A stretch of DNA of 63,984 bases, filler included, from Reclinomonas americana ATCC 50394 (Eukaryota): NCBI GenBank assembly GCA_048213135.1. It is 10 parts of 5 records of this genome, joined end to end, with 100 filler letters (N's around TTAATTAATTAA, not from the genome) between each part and the next. Parts side by side here need not be neighbours in the genome. Positions count along the whole stretch, not along the records: positions 42,527 to 52,555 come from PS015364.1; positions 52,656 to 55,971 come from PS015364.1; positions 56,072 to 59,027 come from PS015365.1; positions 59,128 to 61,426 come from PS015366.1; positions 61,527 to 63,984 come from PS015366.1; 5 more parts are not named here. The stretch is one strand, 5' to 3'. A program made the translations under genes and the position numbers. How positions within the stretch are numbered: the first letter of the stretch is position 1; each line of letters starts with the position of its first letter. Positions 52,284-63,984 of this stretch are shown piece after piece. Under the pieces are notes generated by a model, which searched no databases, was not told where the DNA came from, and saw only the letters and a program-made list of their open reading frames with translations.

Positions 52284-52713
52284 CGAGGGATACAAACGTT
52301 TAAACACACTGCACACGTCATCGTAACTGTCCCTTCACAATCACACGTCGACATGGACGAGTACTCACTCGAGCAGCTGGAGCAGACACTGCGTGACTAT
52401 GAAGGGCAGCTGGCCACAGTGGAGGCACTGCTGCAACAGGTGCGTGTGCGCACGCCCATCTTCTGTCTCTGTATGCACAGCAGTCCACACTCAAGTTGAA
52501 TGTGCGCGCGCAGAGTCCAGGCAACCCGCAGGCGCTGAGCCTCCACGAGCAGATTNNNNNNNNNNNNNNNNNNNNNNNNNNNNNNNNNNNNNNNNNNNNT
52601 TAATTAATTAANNNNNNNNNNNNNNNNNNNNNNNNNNNNNNNNNNNNNNNNNNNNTCTCTCTCAAGCACAAGCACAAGCAGCAGGACACCACGAGGACTG
52701 CAAGTGATTGACG

Positions 52714-53334
52714 ATGGCCGACGAGCACGAATGGTCGGCCTCCGACGACGACGGCGAAGAGAAGAAAGAGGAGGAGGAGGAGGAAGAGGAGGACGACGGG
52801 CTTCCGAAGTGGATCGAGGGCGACTCGTTTGCTCCGTACGTTCCCTGCTCATCGGCCTGTGTCAACACCATTCTTCGCGTGGCGGAGGTGTCGCCTGCGG
52901 ATGTGGTGTTTGATCTCGGCTGCGGCGATGCACGAGTGCTCATTGCCGCGTGTGTGGCACGAGGGGTGCGCAAGGCAGTGGGCATTGAGTGCGATCCACG
53001 AGTGGTGCGTCTGGCGCGCAGGCGTGTCGAGCGACGTGCGTTGCATGTCGATGGGAGAGTGGAGATTGTGGAGGGCGACTTGTTGGAGGCGGATCTGCGC
53101 GAGGCCACGGTGGTGTGTGTGTATCTGCTGCCGGACAGTGCCGACAGCGTGTGTGCGCTGCTTGAGCCGTTTTTGCGGGGCGACGACGACGCGAGGCGAC
53201 GTGTGGTGTCGATGTTGTGGCCGTTGCCTGGGTGGACGCCGCTGCAGAGTGTGTCGTACAGAGAGGATGGTGCACATATGATACACTTGTACACCAAGGC
53301 GTCGCTTCCCCACAGGCACGGCGACGACGAATAA
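52714..53334 (+). CDS. Class I SAM-dependent methyltransferase (FAM173/DOT1-like), intronless
   Basis: APYVP, VVFDLGCGDARVLIAA, VGIECDP, EGDLLEADLREATVVCVYLLP. Confidence 0.85.
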   Translation: MADEHEWSASDDDGEEKKEEEEEEEEDDGLPKWIEGDSFAPYVPCSSACVNTILRVAEVSPADVVFDLGCGDARVLIAACVARGVRKAVGIECDPRVVRLARRRVERRALHVDGRVEIVEGDLLEADLREATVVCVYLLPDSADSVCALLEPFLRGDDDARRRVVSMLWPLPGWTPLQSVSYREDGAHMIHLYTKASLPHRHGDDE

Positions 53335-53389
53335 AACCACGCTGTACAGACTATGTAGTCACCACTTGGCCTCTTCCCCCTTGGCCTCT

Positions 53390-54823
53390 TCACGCGCCCG
53401 GACCCAGGTTCTGCGGGGAGCCGTCGTCCTTCTTCATGTCGCGGCCGCGCATGCCGGTCGGATCCTGCGAGCTGCCGGTGATGCCGGCCGGATTGGCGGC
53501 GCCGGTGAGAGGCTCGGCCGCCGTGTCGCGAGTGACTCCGGCGTTGCCCAGGGAGCCGGTGCCGCCGAGCGTGCCAGTGCCGATACCGCCGGCGCCTTCC
53601 GTGCGGTTGGCGTCGCTCTTGCCGGTGCCGATGCTGCTGACGCTGGCCGCCGGACCGGTGCCGTTCTCCACGCCCCACGCGCGATCCTTGTTGTAGGTGC
53701 TGGTTGGGCGGCCGCCGGTCCAGCTTTCGGTGCTCTTCTCGCGGGTGCGTGGCGGGCTGGTGCCAGTGTTGAGGTTGTCGATGCCAGCCGCCGTCGCGCC
53801 GCCGCTGATCGGCGCCCCCTCGGTGCCGACCGTCGACACGGTGCCGGCGGCATGCTCGCCGGGCATGTTGCTGGTGGTGTGTGCCGGATTGTTGATGCTC
53901 ATGGTGCCGCCGGTGCCGATGCTGCTGTCGGTGCCCATGTAGCTGGCGGCGGCGCCACCCGTGCCCGTACTTACGTCGGTGCGCGCATCCGGCGGCGTCT
54001 TGTGACCGCCGTGGCCGAGAGTGGCAACTCCCAGTGCGTCCTCGGCCGTGCCGGCTGTCGAAGAATCTTCGTCCGCCGCCGCCCCGCTGCTCACCGTCTG
54101 CGGCCGGCTCGCCGTGCGCCCACTGCTGCCAGTGGGAGTGCGTGTCGACATCTTCCTCGTCGTCTCACGCGCAGGCTTTCCCGTACTGCTGCTGCCGCTG
54201 CCCGCACCCGTCATTCCCGGAGTCAGGCGGTCGGCGTTCGACGGCTTCACGCCTTGCGTGGTGGTGTCGCCACCGACGCCACCGGGGCTCTCGCCAAACG
54301 CACTGCTGCTGGTGTTGCTAATGCCGCCAGTGCCAGTGCCGGTGCCGCTGCTGCTCGACACGGAATCATTCTTGCCTCCTCCCGACGGTTTCTTCTCCTT
54401 GCGGTATTGCTGCTGCGGCGGGGCGGAGGGATTGGCGCGCGTGCCCTGCTCGTCGGTGCCCACTGTGCCGAGGCCGAGGCCGGTGGCCGTCAGGTCCGTG
54501 CGGGGATACTGCGCAGTCGTTGACGTGCTGGTGGCGCTGTCACTCGAACCCGTGGGGTTGCGATCGAGATGCTTGTCCAGATTGGCTCCCCGCTCCGTGC
54601 CGCCTGCCGAGGAAACCGAGGCCTTCTTGTCGCTGCCGCCCGTGGGGTTGTTGTCCACATGCTTGTTGCGGTTGCTCGTGCCCGGTGTGGCATTCGCCTC
54701 GCCGCTGGTGCGCGCACTGCTACCGCGCGTGGCGAATTCCTGCAGACGCATGCCGATGCCGGCCGGCGTGGTCAGCCTGCCGGCAAAGAGCCCACGATGA
54801 TTCGCTGCAAGACGACTGAACAT
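53390..54823 (-). CDS. 477-aa G/T/S-rich hydrophilic disordered protein with a mitochondrial-presequence-like N-terminus, intronless
   Basis: ATG-initiated ORF with coding GC3 bias; MFSRLAANHRGLFAGRL; internal repeats KH[VL]D.NPTG.SD. Confidence 0.65.
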   Translation of the reverse strand: MFSRLAANHRGLFAGRLTTPAGIGMRLQEFATRGSSARTSGEANATPGTSNRNKHVDNNPTGGSDKKASVSSAGGTERGANLDKHLDRNPTGSSDSATSTSTTAQYPRTDLTATGLGLGTVGTDEQGTRANPSAPPQQQYRKEKKPSGGGKNDSVSSSSGTGTGTGGISNTSSSAFGESPGGVGGDTTTQGVKPSNADRLTPGMTGAGSGSSSTGKPARETTRKMSTRTPTGSSGRTASRPQTVSSGAAADEDSSTAGTAEDALGVATLGHGGHKTPPDARTDVSTGTGGAAASYMGTDSSIGTGGTMSINNPAHTTSNMPGEHAAGTVSTVGTEGAPISGGATAAGIDNLNTGTSPPRTREKSTESWTGGRPTSTYNKDRAWGVENGTGPAASVSSIGTGKSDANRTEGAGGIGTGTLGGTGSLGNAGVTRDTAAEPLTGAANPAGITGSSQDPTGMRGRDMKKDDGSPQNLGPGA

Positions 54824-54981
54824 GGTGCAAGTGGAACGACGGAGAAGTGCGAGCGCTCAAGGAAGGGACGACGAAGAGGGGCAGGAGAAAGTGTCGAAAA
54901 CCGCAAAGAATCTCGGAGCATTCTCTCGCGGCAAGCTGTCCAGGCATGCACGCACTTGCCTTTCCAGGGCATGCCGTCCGG

Positions 54982-55971
54982 CTAGTGATAGTGAGAGAGC
55001 ACGGTGGTGAGAGCGGTGGGAGGCGACAAGCCGTTCTCGAAGATATCGATCTGGCGGTGAATAAAGTCGACGCCGGTGTTGCTGGGATGCGAAGCGATGC
55101 TCACTGGTTATCCGGGATGCCATGATCATGGTGGCGAGTTGCGCATACGTCTCCGCAGCGCAGATGGCGCTCGAAGCGACTGAAACCGACCGAGTGCGCG
55201 GGAAGAGATCGCGAGTCCNNNNNNNNNNNNNNNNNNNNNNNNNNNNNNNNNNNNNNNNNNNNNNNNNNNNNNNNNNNNNNNNNNNNNNNNNNNNNNNNNN
55301 NNNNNNNNNNNNNNNNNNNNNNNNNNNNNNNNNNNNNNNNNNNNNNNNNNNNNNNNNNNNNNNNNNNNNNNNNNNNNNNNNNNNNNNNNNNNNNNNNNNN
55401 NNNNNNNNNNNNNNNNNNNNNNNNNNNNNNNNNNNNNNNNNNNNNNNNNNNNNNNNNNNNNNNNNNNNNNNNNNNNNNNNNNNNNNNNNNNNNNNNNNNN
55501 NNNNNNNNNNNNNNNNNNNNNNNNNNNNNNNNNNNNNNNNNNNNNNNNNNNNNNNNNNNNNNNNNNNNNNNNNNNNNNNNNNNNNNNNNNNNNNNNNNNN
55601 NNNNNNNNNNNNNNNNNNNNNNNNNNNNNNNNNNNNCGATGGTCTCTTGGGCGAGGCGGCAATGGGCACGGGTGGTGAGTCGCTGCCGAGTCCCTCGTCC
55701 TCTCCGCCGTCGCCGTCGTCGCTCATCCACTCGCTCTCTTCGTTTGTGTCGGCGGCGGAGGAGGGGTTGCCGTAGGGGCCGGGCAGTGGTGAGGTGCCGA
55801 GCGCGACAATGTTGTTGGAGAAGAGAGGCACCAGCCATTTGGAGCGGCGCAGACTGAAGCCCTGTGGGAGTGGTGAGTGAGGGGGGAGAGAGGGTGGAGA
55901 GAGGGGAGAGGGAGAGACGAACCCACGTGAAGAGCGGGCTGATCTCACGCACAGACATCGCAGAGAGATCC
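54982..55971 (-). CDS. 3' part of a hypothetical multi-exon gene, gapped
   Basis: Acceptor CCACAG then GFSLRRSKWLVPLFSNNIVAL...; possible final exon ...DFIHRQIDIFENG...HYH*. Confidence 0.3.
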
Positions 55972-56071
55972 NNNNNNNNNNNNNNNNNNNNNNNNNNNNN
56001 NNNNNNNNNNNNNNNTTAATTAATTAANNNNNNNNNNNNNNNNNNNNNNNNNNNNNNNNNNNNNNNNNNNN

Positions 56072-56525
56072 GAGTTCAATCACAAGCGCTGGTTCGACAA
56101 GGATGCCGTGGAGAAGAAGCGCTGGGCGTATCTGTCGTTCTCCGGCGGACCACGAGCATGCATCGGTGCTCGTTTCTCCATGTGCGTTTTCCGTAAGCAC
56201 GCCGGATAATGAGTGCAGCATCGCTGATTTCCTTCTCTGCCGTCACCAGCATGGAGCAGCGTCTGTTCATGCTTCGCGTGCTGCACAAGTACGACGTCCA
56301 CTGCCACTCGGAGCTTCGTCCCCGACCGGTAAGCATCCCTTTGCAACACCCAGCCTCCGCAATCCTACTCACACTGCCTGAATGTCGCCCGTGCGCAGCA
56401 ATTCACCCTCCGTAATGAAGGTCCGTGTGTCGGCTGCGAATCTGTGCTTCTCTCACACTCTCTAACACTCTCTCTTCTCCCGTCGCACAGGAGGCATGCG
56501 CGTGTCGTTCACGCGTCGTCGTTGA
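56072..56525 (+). CDS. Cytochrome P450 C-terminal fragment
   Basis: EFNHKRWF (PERF-like) and heme motif FSGGPRACIG (FxxGxRxCxG); spliced end QFTLRNEGGMRVSFTRRR*. Confidence 0.88.
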
Positions 56526-56568
56526 AGAGCGATGGCGCATGGCGAACAACTGCAAATCACTTCTCCCC

Positions 56569-59027
56569 TTACATGAATACCATTACAAACACTGTGGCCA
56601 GTGTCACCACCGCCATGCTCAGCAGCGAGACCTGTGCGTGGCAGAGGATTAGANNNNNNNNNNNNNNNNNNNNNNNNNNNNNNNNNNNNNNNNNNNNNNN
56701 NNNNNNNNNNNNNNNNNNNNNNNNNNNNNNNNNNNNNNNNNNNNNNNNNNNNNNNNNNNNNNNNNNNNNNNNNNNNNNNNNNNNNNNNNNNNNNNNNNNN
56801 NNNNNNNNNNNNNNNNNNNNNNNNNNNNNNNNNNNNNNNNNNNNNNNNNNNNNNNNNNNNNNNNNNNNNNNNNNNNNNNNNNNNNNNNNNNNNNNNNNNN
56901 NNNNNNNNNNNNGGGCAAAGAACACGCACGGTTTTGTTTTCGCAGGAGAGTGCAAACGCAACTGCTGAGGCGACGGCAGGTGCACTGTTGACAAAGAAGA
57001 ATGGATAGAGAATGTCGGGAGGCACACGCGGCAGCAGTGGTGGCACGGGTTTCACAGTCGATGTGCGACCTGGATCGGACGTCAGCACTTGGTCGACCGA
57101 CGCCCTGCGCGTGACACGAATCAGTGACAAAATCAGCACCAGGAGATCAGTCGCATCGCGCCACTCACCGCAGCTGGAAGGTGGTGGTAGTGACACCGGT
57201 CGGGAAGCTCCACGTGCCAGTCACGTACTGCACTCGCACGCCGGCGATCTTCTCCTGCGGGTTGGCCGTGGCACCCTGCCGAGCCACCGCAATCGACACA
57301 CTCATGCCGACGACCAGATTCGTGCACCGATTGCTGGTGGCATCCCACAACTGAGCGCACCAGTAAGTCACATGGCATCCACCCCATTTCTCTCGGCGAG
57401 GTGCACGCAACCGGAGTTGGCACCGAGCCGAATTCCATGGCAAACCACTCGTCGGCGTTCTGCGGCGACGCATTGCCGAAACGCCCGACGAGTGTCGAAT
57501 CGAACTTGAAGGCGTCCCACAACTGGAACCCTGCGCAGATACCACAAAATGAGTGGGCGGACAGCAGGCCAAGATACAGCAACTCGCACGATCGCACCTT
57601 GGCATTTGGTGGCAAGATCCGTCACCGACAGCGTCACACCACAAGTGTATACACCCGAGTTGCCGTACAGCACTTGAGTGGTGCGGATCAGCGAGCCAGC
57701 CAGCTGCGTGTCTGGGCAGCTGCCGCCGGCCACCTTGAGCTGCAGGCCGAGTCGCAGTTCGTTGACGGCCGACCTGGAATGCCACTCCCCTCTTTTAGCA
57801 CACATGCGACACCACTCAGAAATGCACACACACGCACACACGCACCCCGACTTCGAGCCGGCCAGAATTGGATACCCAAGCTGGTAGCCCGGATTGCCGC
57901 TGCGATACAGTGGAGTGCCGGTGGCCTGCGCTCATCACCGTCAGTGCTTGGATAGCTGAGGGCGCAAGAAGGAGAGAGCACACCTTGACAAAACGAATGG
58001 AGAACTCTTGCTGGAGATACGCTGTCGTGGCTGGCGACACCAGCGCCACATCGGTCAACACCACTTCCGCCGACACGCTCTGCACCGTTCCAGCCCCGTC
58101 GTGTGTCACAATGTACGTGACGGCGTGCACCGCATTGTTGCACCGATTGTAGACGACGCTGTCGATGGTGGCCGTCTCCGATGCCGCTGCACGAATGAAC
58201 ACAACAGTGTGAGCATTCTCGACGATTGCATGCACCAGCGGCAAAGTGGGAGGGAGCTCTCACCAGTGTCCACATAGGTGATCGATGACGCCGAGGTCCA
58301 CACGTTGGGACTGCCCTGCCAGCTGACAGACTTGTGCGTCGCCGTGACGTTGATGGCCGACAGCGTGGAGCCAAATGGTTTCTGGTGGCGGCGCAAGCAT
58401 GACATTATTGACGACGCAAGCAGGGACAGACTGTTTTCTCTCGCCGCCACTACGAACCTGGTTCACTGTGTACGCGGCAATGTAGTTGCTGCCGCTGAGT
58501 GCAGCGCATGTCGAGAGTACGTTGACAAACACGGTGCAGGCGTGAGCACCCGACAAGTCAGGCCGTGCCGGCGAGTCGATCATGTACGCTACGATGGGGG
58601 TGAGAAGACGCAAGAAAATCTCCACAGTCACACTCTCTCTCTCCAAATCTCACCAGTCTTCAGCCCGAGGCCACACGTGCTGTCGACCGTCGGTCCCGGC
58701 AGCGTGAGCACACCGCCATTGGGAAACTGCGGCGACACACCGCGCAGCGAGTCCCCAATGGCATACACCGCGGTTGCCGAGTTGGACGGAGCCGTGTTGT
58801 CTTTCGTCGCCAGATTGCGCGCGTAGTTGAACGGCTGCGTGTCGACCACCGCCGACGTCTGCGAGCCCGTGAGATCCGACACGGCGTTGTACAGATCGCC
58901 AGAGAGTGGGCCTGTCGAATCGACAGTGAGCTCTCCCTGCAAATCGCTGCTCGATACGCAAAAAACAACGAAACTGTTGTCGAGGAACACACAGAAGATG
59001 CCGTTGAAGGCCGAGCCCACAGTGATG
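56569..59027 (-). CDS. TCTN1: Tectonic (ciliary transition zone), 5' partial
   Basis: IFCVFLDN, NAVHAVTYIV, YLQQEFSIRFV, RSGNPGYQLGYPILAG, PPDILYPF; hydrophobic tail. Confidence 0.82.
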
Positions 59028-59127
59028 NNNNNNNNNNNNNNNNNNNNNNNNNNNNNNNNNNNNNNNNNNNNTTAATTAATTAANNNNNNNNNNNNNNNNN
59101 NNNNNNNNNNNNNNNNNNNNNNNNNNN

Positions 59128-61426
59128 CGCGATTTTGAAATGCAGGCCTTTGAGCGCGCCCTGATTGACATGATGGATGGCCGGTTGGACAAGCCCGACA
59201 TCAAGTTGCTGGAGCGCGTCATCCCGAAGGAGCCGTGGATGCTCGAGAAGCCGGTGGAGGAGTGGTCCGACGACGAGAAGCGCCAGCATAAGGAGTGGGA
59301 GGAGAAGGAGAAGAAGCTGCAGGAGGAGAAGGACCGGTACCGCAAGCTGTTGGAGTCGGAGGCGCGCAAGCTGCGACAGGATATTGCCGATTTGATTGCG
59401 GCCTTTGACAAGAAGCTGCTGGCGTTGCTGAACGACAAGATTACCACCGACGAGGAGATTTACCGCATGGAGTTGCTCGTCATCAAGCTCGTGCAGGCCA
59501 TTGTGGCCGAGAAGGAGCTGATTGAGCGCGAACAGCAGCTCAAGGTGCGGTTGCCNNNNNNNNNNNNNNNNNNNNNNNNNNNNNNNNNNNNNNNNNNNNN
59601 NNNNNNNNNNNNNNNNNNNNNNNNNNNNNNNNNNNNNNNNNNNNNNNNNNNNNNNNNNNNNNNNNNNNNNNNNNNNNNNNNNNNNNNNNNNNNNNNNNNN
59701 NNNNNNNNNNNNNNNNNNNNNNNNNNNNNNNNNNNNNNNNNNNNNNNNNNNNNNNNNNNNNNNNNNNNNNNNNNNNNNNNNNNNNNNNNNNNNNNNNNNN
59801 NNNNNNNNNNNNNNNNNNNNNNNNNNNNNNNNNNNNNNNNNNNNNNNNNNNNNNNNNNNNNNNNNNNNNNNNNNNNNNNNNNNNNNNNNNNNNNNNNNNN
59901 NNNNNNNNNNNNNNNNNNNNNNNNNNNNNNNNNNNNNNNNNNNNNNNNNNNNNNNNNNNNNNNNNNNNNNNNNNNNNNNNNNNNNNNNNNNNNNNNNNNN
60001 NNNNNNNNNNNNNNNNNNNNNNNNNNNNNNNNNNNNNNNNNNNNNNNNNNNNNNNNNNNNNNNNNNNNNNNATTCATGGCGGCAGACTAGCTTCGTTGTG
60101 CGACTGTGCTGACACGCCCTTGTCTCCTCCTCCCCCCACAGGTGACACTCGATGAGCTGAAGCAGCAGGCGTCGCAGACGTCAACAGAGGTGGCGCAGTT
60201 CCGCCGTGAGGTGGTGGCGGCGCAGAGCGAGTTTGAGGAGATGAAGGCGGAGGAGCGCGAAATGGCGGCCGAGAAGAACTTCAAGCTCAAGTTTGCCGAC
60301 GCACCCGATCACGTCGATCATTTGTGGAAGTTGTTCCGAAGGAGACCAAAGGTGCGAGGCGGGGAGAGAAGGGCGAGTATGACATGCGTTCCAAATGTCT
60401 CACCATCTTGTGCCTTGTTTGTCGAGCAGCCGCTGGTCGCCCAACAGCGACCACCATCGTCGTCGGGGGTGGCGGCCACCGCCGCGGATCCGTTTGGCGG
60501 CGTGGAGAGTTCACCGTCGATGATTGCCACCGAGGCACCGGCGGAGCCACCGGATGTGTTGGATGTCATTCGCGATCGACCAGAAGGCATCAGCGACGTG
60601 GTGTGGGAGCGCTTCTGGGAGTGGCGAAAGTACAAGATGGCTAAGGAGCGCGACATCAAGTTTGCGGCGGAGCGTCTTGCCGAGATGGAGGCTCACTTGC
60701 AGAAGCAGGAGGCCGACGAGGCCACTTACAACCGCGAGGTATGGAACTTATTCGTGGACGCAACAGAGTGCGTGACTCTCACCACTCACCTTGTCTGTGT
60801 GAATGCAGATGATGTCGGCCTCGGCGCTGGTGAAGGAGTTGCATCAGGAGCGCATCGACTCGGCCTACAACACCGATTGCATCCTCACGCTCAGGCAAGG
60901 CCAGGTGGAGGTGGAGCAGGCGGCTGTCGTCACCGACTACGGCAACTCGGTGCTCATCAACAACAAGATTGTGCGCGGCCTCAACGACGAAATCCTGCGT
61001 GCTGCCAATGAGAACATTGAGTGCCTGAAGCAAATTCGCGACTTCCGCAAGCAAGTGCGCCAGCTGGAATGGTGCGTGACAGCCGCCGCCCCCCATGAAT
61101 TGACAAGCAACTGTACTCATCGTGAGTGTGATGTGCAGGAATTTGGACAAGTTGGACCTGGATGCGGAGCACTTTGCGGTGCTGAAGAACGAGTTCTACT
61201 TGCTGCGCATGACCAAGAACATGCAAGAGTTCATCAAGGGTGGCGAGAATGCGTCGCAGGACGCCGTCAAGACGGAGCTGCTCGGCAAGAAGGAGTCGAT
61301 GCGCAAGATGTTCGAGGCCAAGATCAAGGAGAAGGACAACCAGATCCGCAAGCTGCGGCGTCAGATTCGACAGCGTGTCGAGGAGAACCACATGCTGGAT
61401 CAGCGTATCCGCGAGCACACGGTGAT
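59128..61426 (+). CDS. CFAP43: CFAP43 (WDR96) C-terminal coiled-coil region, partial
   Basis: ERALIDMMDGRLDK; LRQGQVEVEQAAVVTDYGNSVLINNKIVRGLNDEI; QIRDFRKQVRQLEW. Confidence 0.85.
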
Positions 61427-61526
61427 NNNNNNNNNNNNNNNNNNNNNNNNNNNNNNNNNNNNNNNNNNNNTTAATTAATTAANNNNNNNNNNNNNNNNNN
61501 NNNNNNNNNNNNNNNNNNNNNNNNNN

Positions 61527-61572
<46 letters not shown>
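61527..61572. repeat. (GA)n microsatellite, representative of many CT/GA/CA/GT tracts in introns
   Basis: Directly visible run of GA units. Confidence 0.95.
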
Positions 61573-61574
<2 letters not shown>

Positions 61575-61659
61575 TGGGAGACTGACCACGGAGAAAGGAG
61601 GAAAGAGTGCTGTCTTTCACGTCCGTTGCTCATCGCTCACGGTGTTTTCTATATCGCAG

Positions 61660-63984
61660 GTGGAGGCCAGTCGGCGGACGCTGCAGGAGCGCGAGGATCG
61701 TCTCGAGGCCATGGAGCGGCGCCTCAAACACTTTGAACAACATAATCGTTGCGTGGCCTGCGTTGCTCATCTGCTTCGTGAAGTATGTGCTCACCTTTCT
61801 CGCCCCCCGCACACGCTCACAAATCGCAGGCTCAAGCCCTCACGTTGAGTCGCTCGTTTCCGTGCACTTTGCTAATAATTCGTGTCTCACAATCATTCGT
61901 GTCACACAGCTGCGGTACACACCGACGGCGGAGATGGAGAGTGGCCGTCATCCCATGGACCGCCGCTCGTCCGTGCAGAATCTCGATTTGGCGCACGGAA
62001 CACGGCCGACGCGCGACTCTGTGAGTCGTGTCGAGTCGGCAGTCAGCATGCTAGAGCAGGAGCTGGCGGATAGCATGGATCGCGCCTCGGGCTACAAGCA
62101 GGCGCTGGACGAGTCGCGGTCGGCGCTGGAGAAAACGCGTGCACAGGTCTCTGAGTTGCAGGAGCGATTGCACGACGCGCAGGAGGCGCTGGCCAGTGCG
62201 CGTGAGGAGGCGTCGCTGGCCACGGAGCAGAAATTCATGGCGATGCGCGAGCGTGAGGATGCATTGCGGCGACTCGATGCGCGGCACACGTCGCCGCCGC
62301 CGGAGGAGCTCTATCGGCACCTGCACATGCAGTTGGAGACCGCGGAGCACGAGTCGCACGAGGCACAGTCGCTGCTGAAGAAGCGCGTGGACGAGTTGGA
62401 GAGGACGCTGTCGAAGCGAGAAGACGAGTGGCGGCAACACATGTCGTCGATGACGGTGGAACTGGTTTGTATCACTTGACGTGTATTTGTATGTGTGTCT
62501 TGTGTCTGTCGTTGCTCACCATGAGTTTGCAGGCGGCGGCACGCACAGAAAAGGCGTTGCTGGAGGAGGAGAGTGAGCGAGTGACGCGCGAATTGCTCGT
62601 CGTGCGCGATGACTTGCTGCAAACGCAGCAGACTGCGTCACGCGCGGTGGAGCCGACGGACGGCGAGGGCGACGACCTCATGTCGAGGAGTGCAGATCTG
62701 GCGCTGCGACGGTTCGGGCAACTCTCGTGAAGGCACTTGCTTTGCAGACTGATTTGTCGTGACCTATTGCTGCGCAGGCCCGGAACTCTGGTACGCGACA
62801 TTGCCTCTGTCGCTGTGCGGTTGGATTCGACCGTGGCGATGCTCGTGCGCAGTGTTGTGAGCGCGCAGAGTTGAGTGCCTGTGTGTGCATGCCAAAGTGA
62901 GTCTCTGGCCTTGCTTCTCACTGTGGCAACAGGTGCCGTGTCGGTGGCCGATGCGGCGGCCGTGATTGCCGCGCAACGCAAGGTTGCCGAAGCGGAGTCG
63001 CTGGCCAAAAGGCAGCGCGAGGATATGCAGTCGGTTGCGGAGGAGTTGCGGTCGCGCTTGCGCGACACGGAGGCACGCAACGAGACACTGGTGGCATCGT
63101 TGCAGTCGGCTACAGCGGCGCTGGATCGCAGCAAGGAGGAGCTGACGCGAAGGAGAGATTCGGAGACAGCGCTCAAGGGACAGGCGTCGGCAGCATCAAG
63201 CGCCGCCGAGCAGCTGTCCACTCTGCTGCAGGATGCCAACGCACGCGCAGAAGCGCTCGAGTCGGAGGCCAGCAATTTGCGACAGCAACTGCTGCATCGG
63301 CAGCAACAGCAGGTGACACTGGAGACGGAGCGCCTGTCGTTGCAGGCGAGGCTGTCGGAGCGCGAGCGAGCCGACACCGACAAGGCCGCGCAGCTCATTG
63401 ATACTCGCAATGAGGTAGCCGTGCTCAACCAGTCGCTCATGGAGCTGCGGACGGAGCTCGCGGCGCGCACCGCCAAGCTGGAGCTGAGTGAGGCGGCGGT
63501 GGCCAAGTCTGCGCAGCAGATGCTGGCGCTGGAGATGTCGCTGACGGAGACGCGGCAGGGGGCTGCTGGCGACCGCCAGCGTGTGGCCGAGTTGACTGGC
63601 GCCCTGCAGTCGGCGCAAACCGTCGTGCACGAGCTGCGGTCGCGTCTGTCGGAGCAGTCGAGCAAGGCTCAACTGGGCTCCGAGGAACTGGCCTCCACCA
63701 TTGGCGTGCTGCGTGCGCAACTGGAGGAGCGCGACAAGTCGGTGACCGAGTGGCAAGGACGGGCGGCGTCACACGAGCGGAGTGCAAAGGAGGCTGAGGC
63801 CTTGGTGAATTCGCTGCGAACGCAACTGGCGGTACAGTCGAACAAGGCGCAGCAGGGTGTGGAGGAGCGCGACAAGGCTGTGGCAGAGTGGCAGGGACGA
63901 GCGGCGTCGCACGAGCGGAGTGCCAAGGAGGCTGAGACGTTGGTGAACTCGCTGCGTTCGCAACTGGCGGAGCAGTCGAACAAC
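61660..63984 (+). CDS. Long coiled-coil protein fragment with 46-aa tandem repeats
   Basis: E/A/L/R/Q-rich exons; GAGGAGCGCGACAAG recurs at 63724 and 63862 (138-bp period). Confidence 0.7.

Larger units (their letters stand above)
48266..52555. repeat. Near-identical direct duplication of ~1.7 kb (48266-49961 and 50810-52555)
   Basis: Same start (ttgccctcacgcact) and end (cacgagcagatt), both at N gaps; differences are SNPs and (CA)n lengths. Confidence 0.95.

Noticed and set aside
48266..52555. True tandem duplication of uL4m
   Set aside because: Both copies begin and end at the same bases beside N gaps and differ only at allele level, consistent with uncollapsed haplotypes.

Overview
Eukaryotic nuclear DNA from an intron-rich, GC-rich, flagellated protist (CFAP43, tectonic, LC8 dynein light chain; standard genetic code). 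It is not one locus: about 10 draft scaffolds are joined by N-padded TTAATTAATTAA linkers, and there are internal N gaps. Genes are tightly packed with mostly short GT-AG introns, often full of CT/GT/CA microsatellites, so the six-frame ORF track is largely uninformative. I spliced genes by hand, and all family calls come from motif recognition, not database searches. Main results: (1) a divergent ~90-aa ubiquitin-like protein ending LLQRVRGG-FGAAD lies head-to-head with a compact RBR E3 ligase, a candidate dedicated Ubl conjugation module; (2) next to it is a spliced fusion of two Nudix-like domains with an ADP-ribosylglycohydrolase; (3) a frequent second class of 5' splice site, H|GTTGCG (the usual G|GTGCG shifted by 1 nt), occurs at over 20 introns and always follows a non-G exon end; (4) unusual architectures include RING/Zn-finger plus USP7-like UBL domains without a protease domain, and an HMG-box-like protein with a CaaX box. 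Also present: two head-to-head 14-3-3 paralogues, VPS37, SAP30BP, GST, Nup58, SPF30, uL4m (duplicated and probably mis-oriented in the assembly), a P450 fragment and tRNA-Phe.
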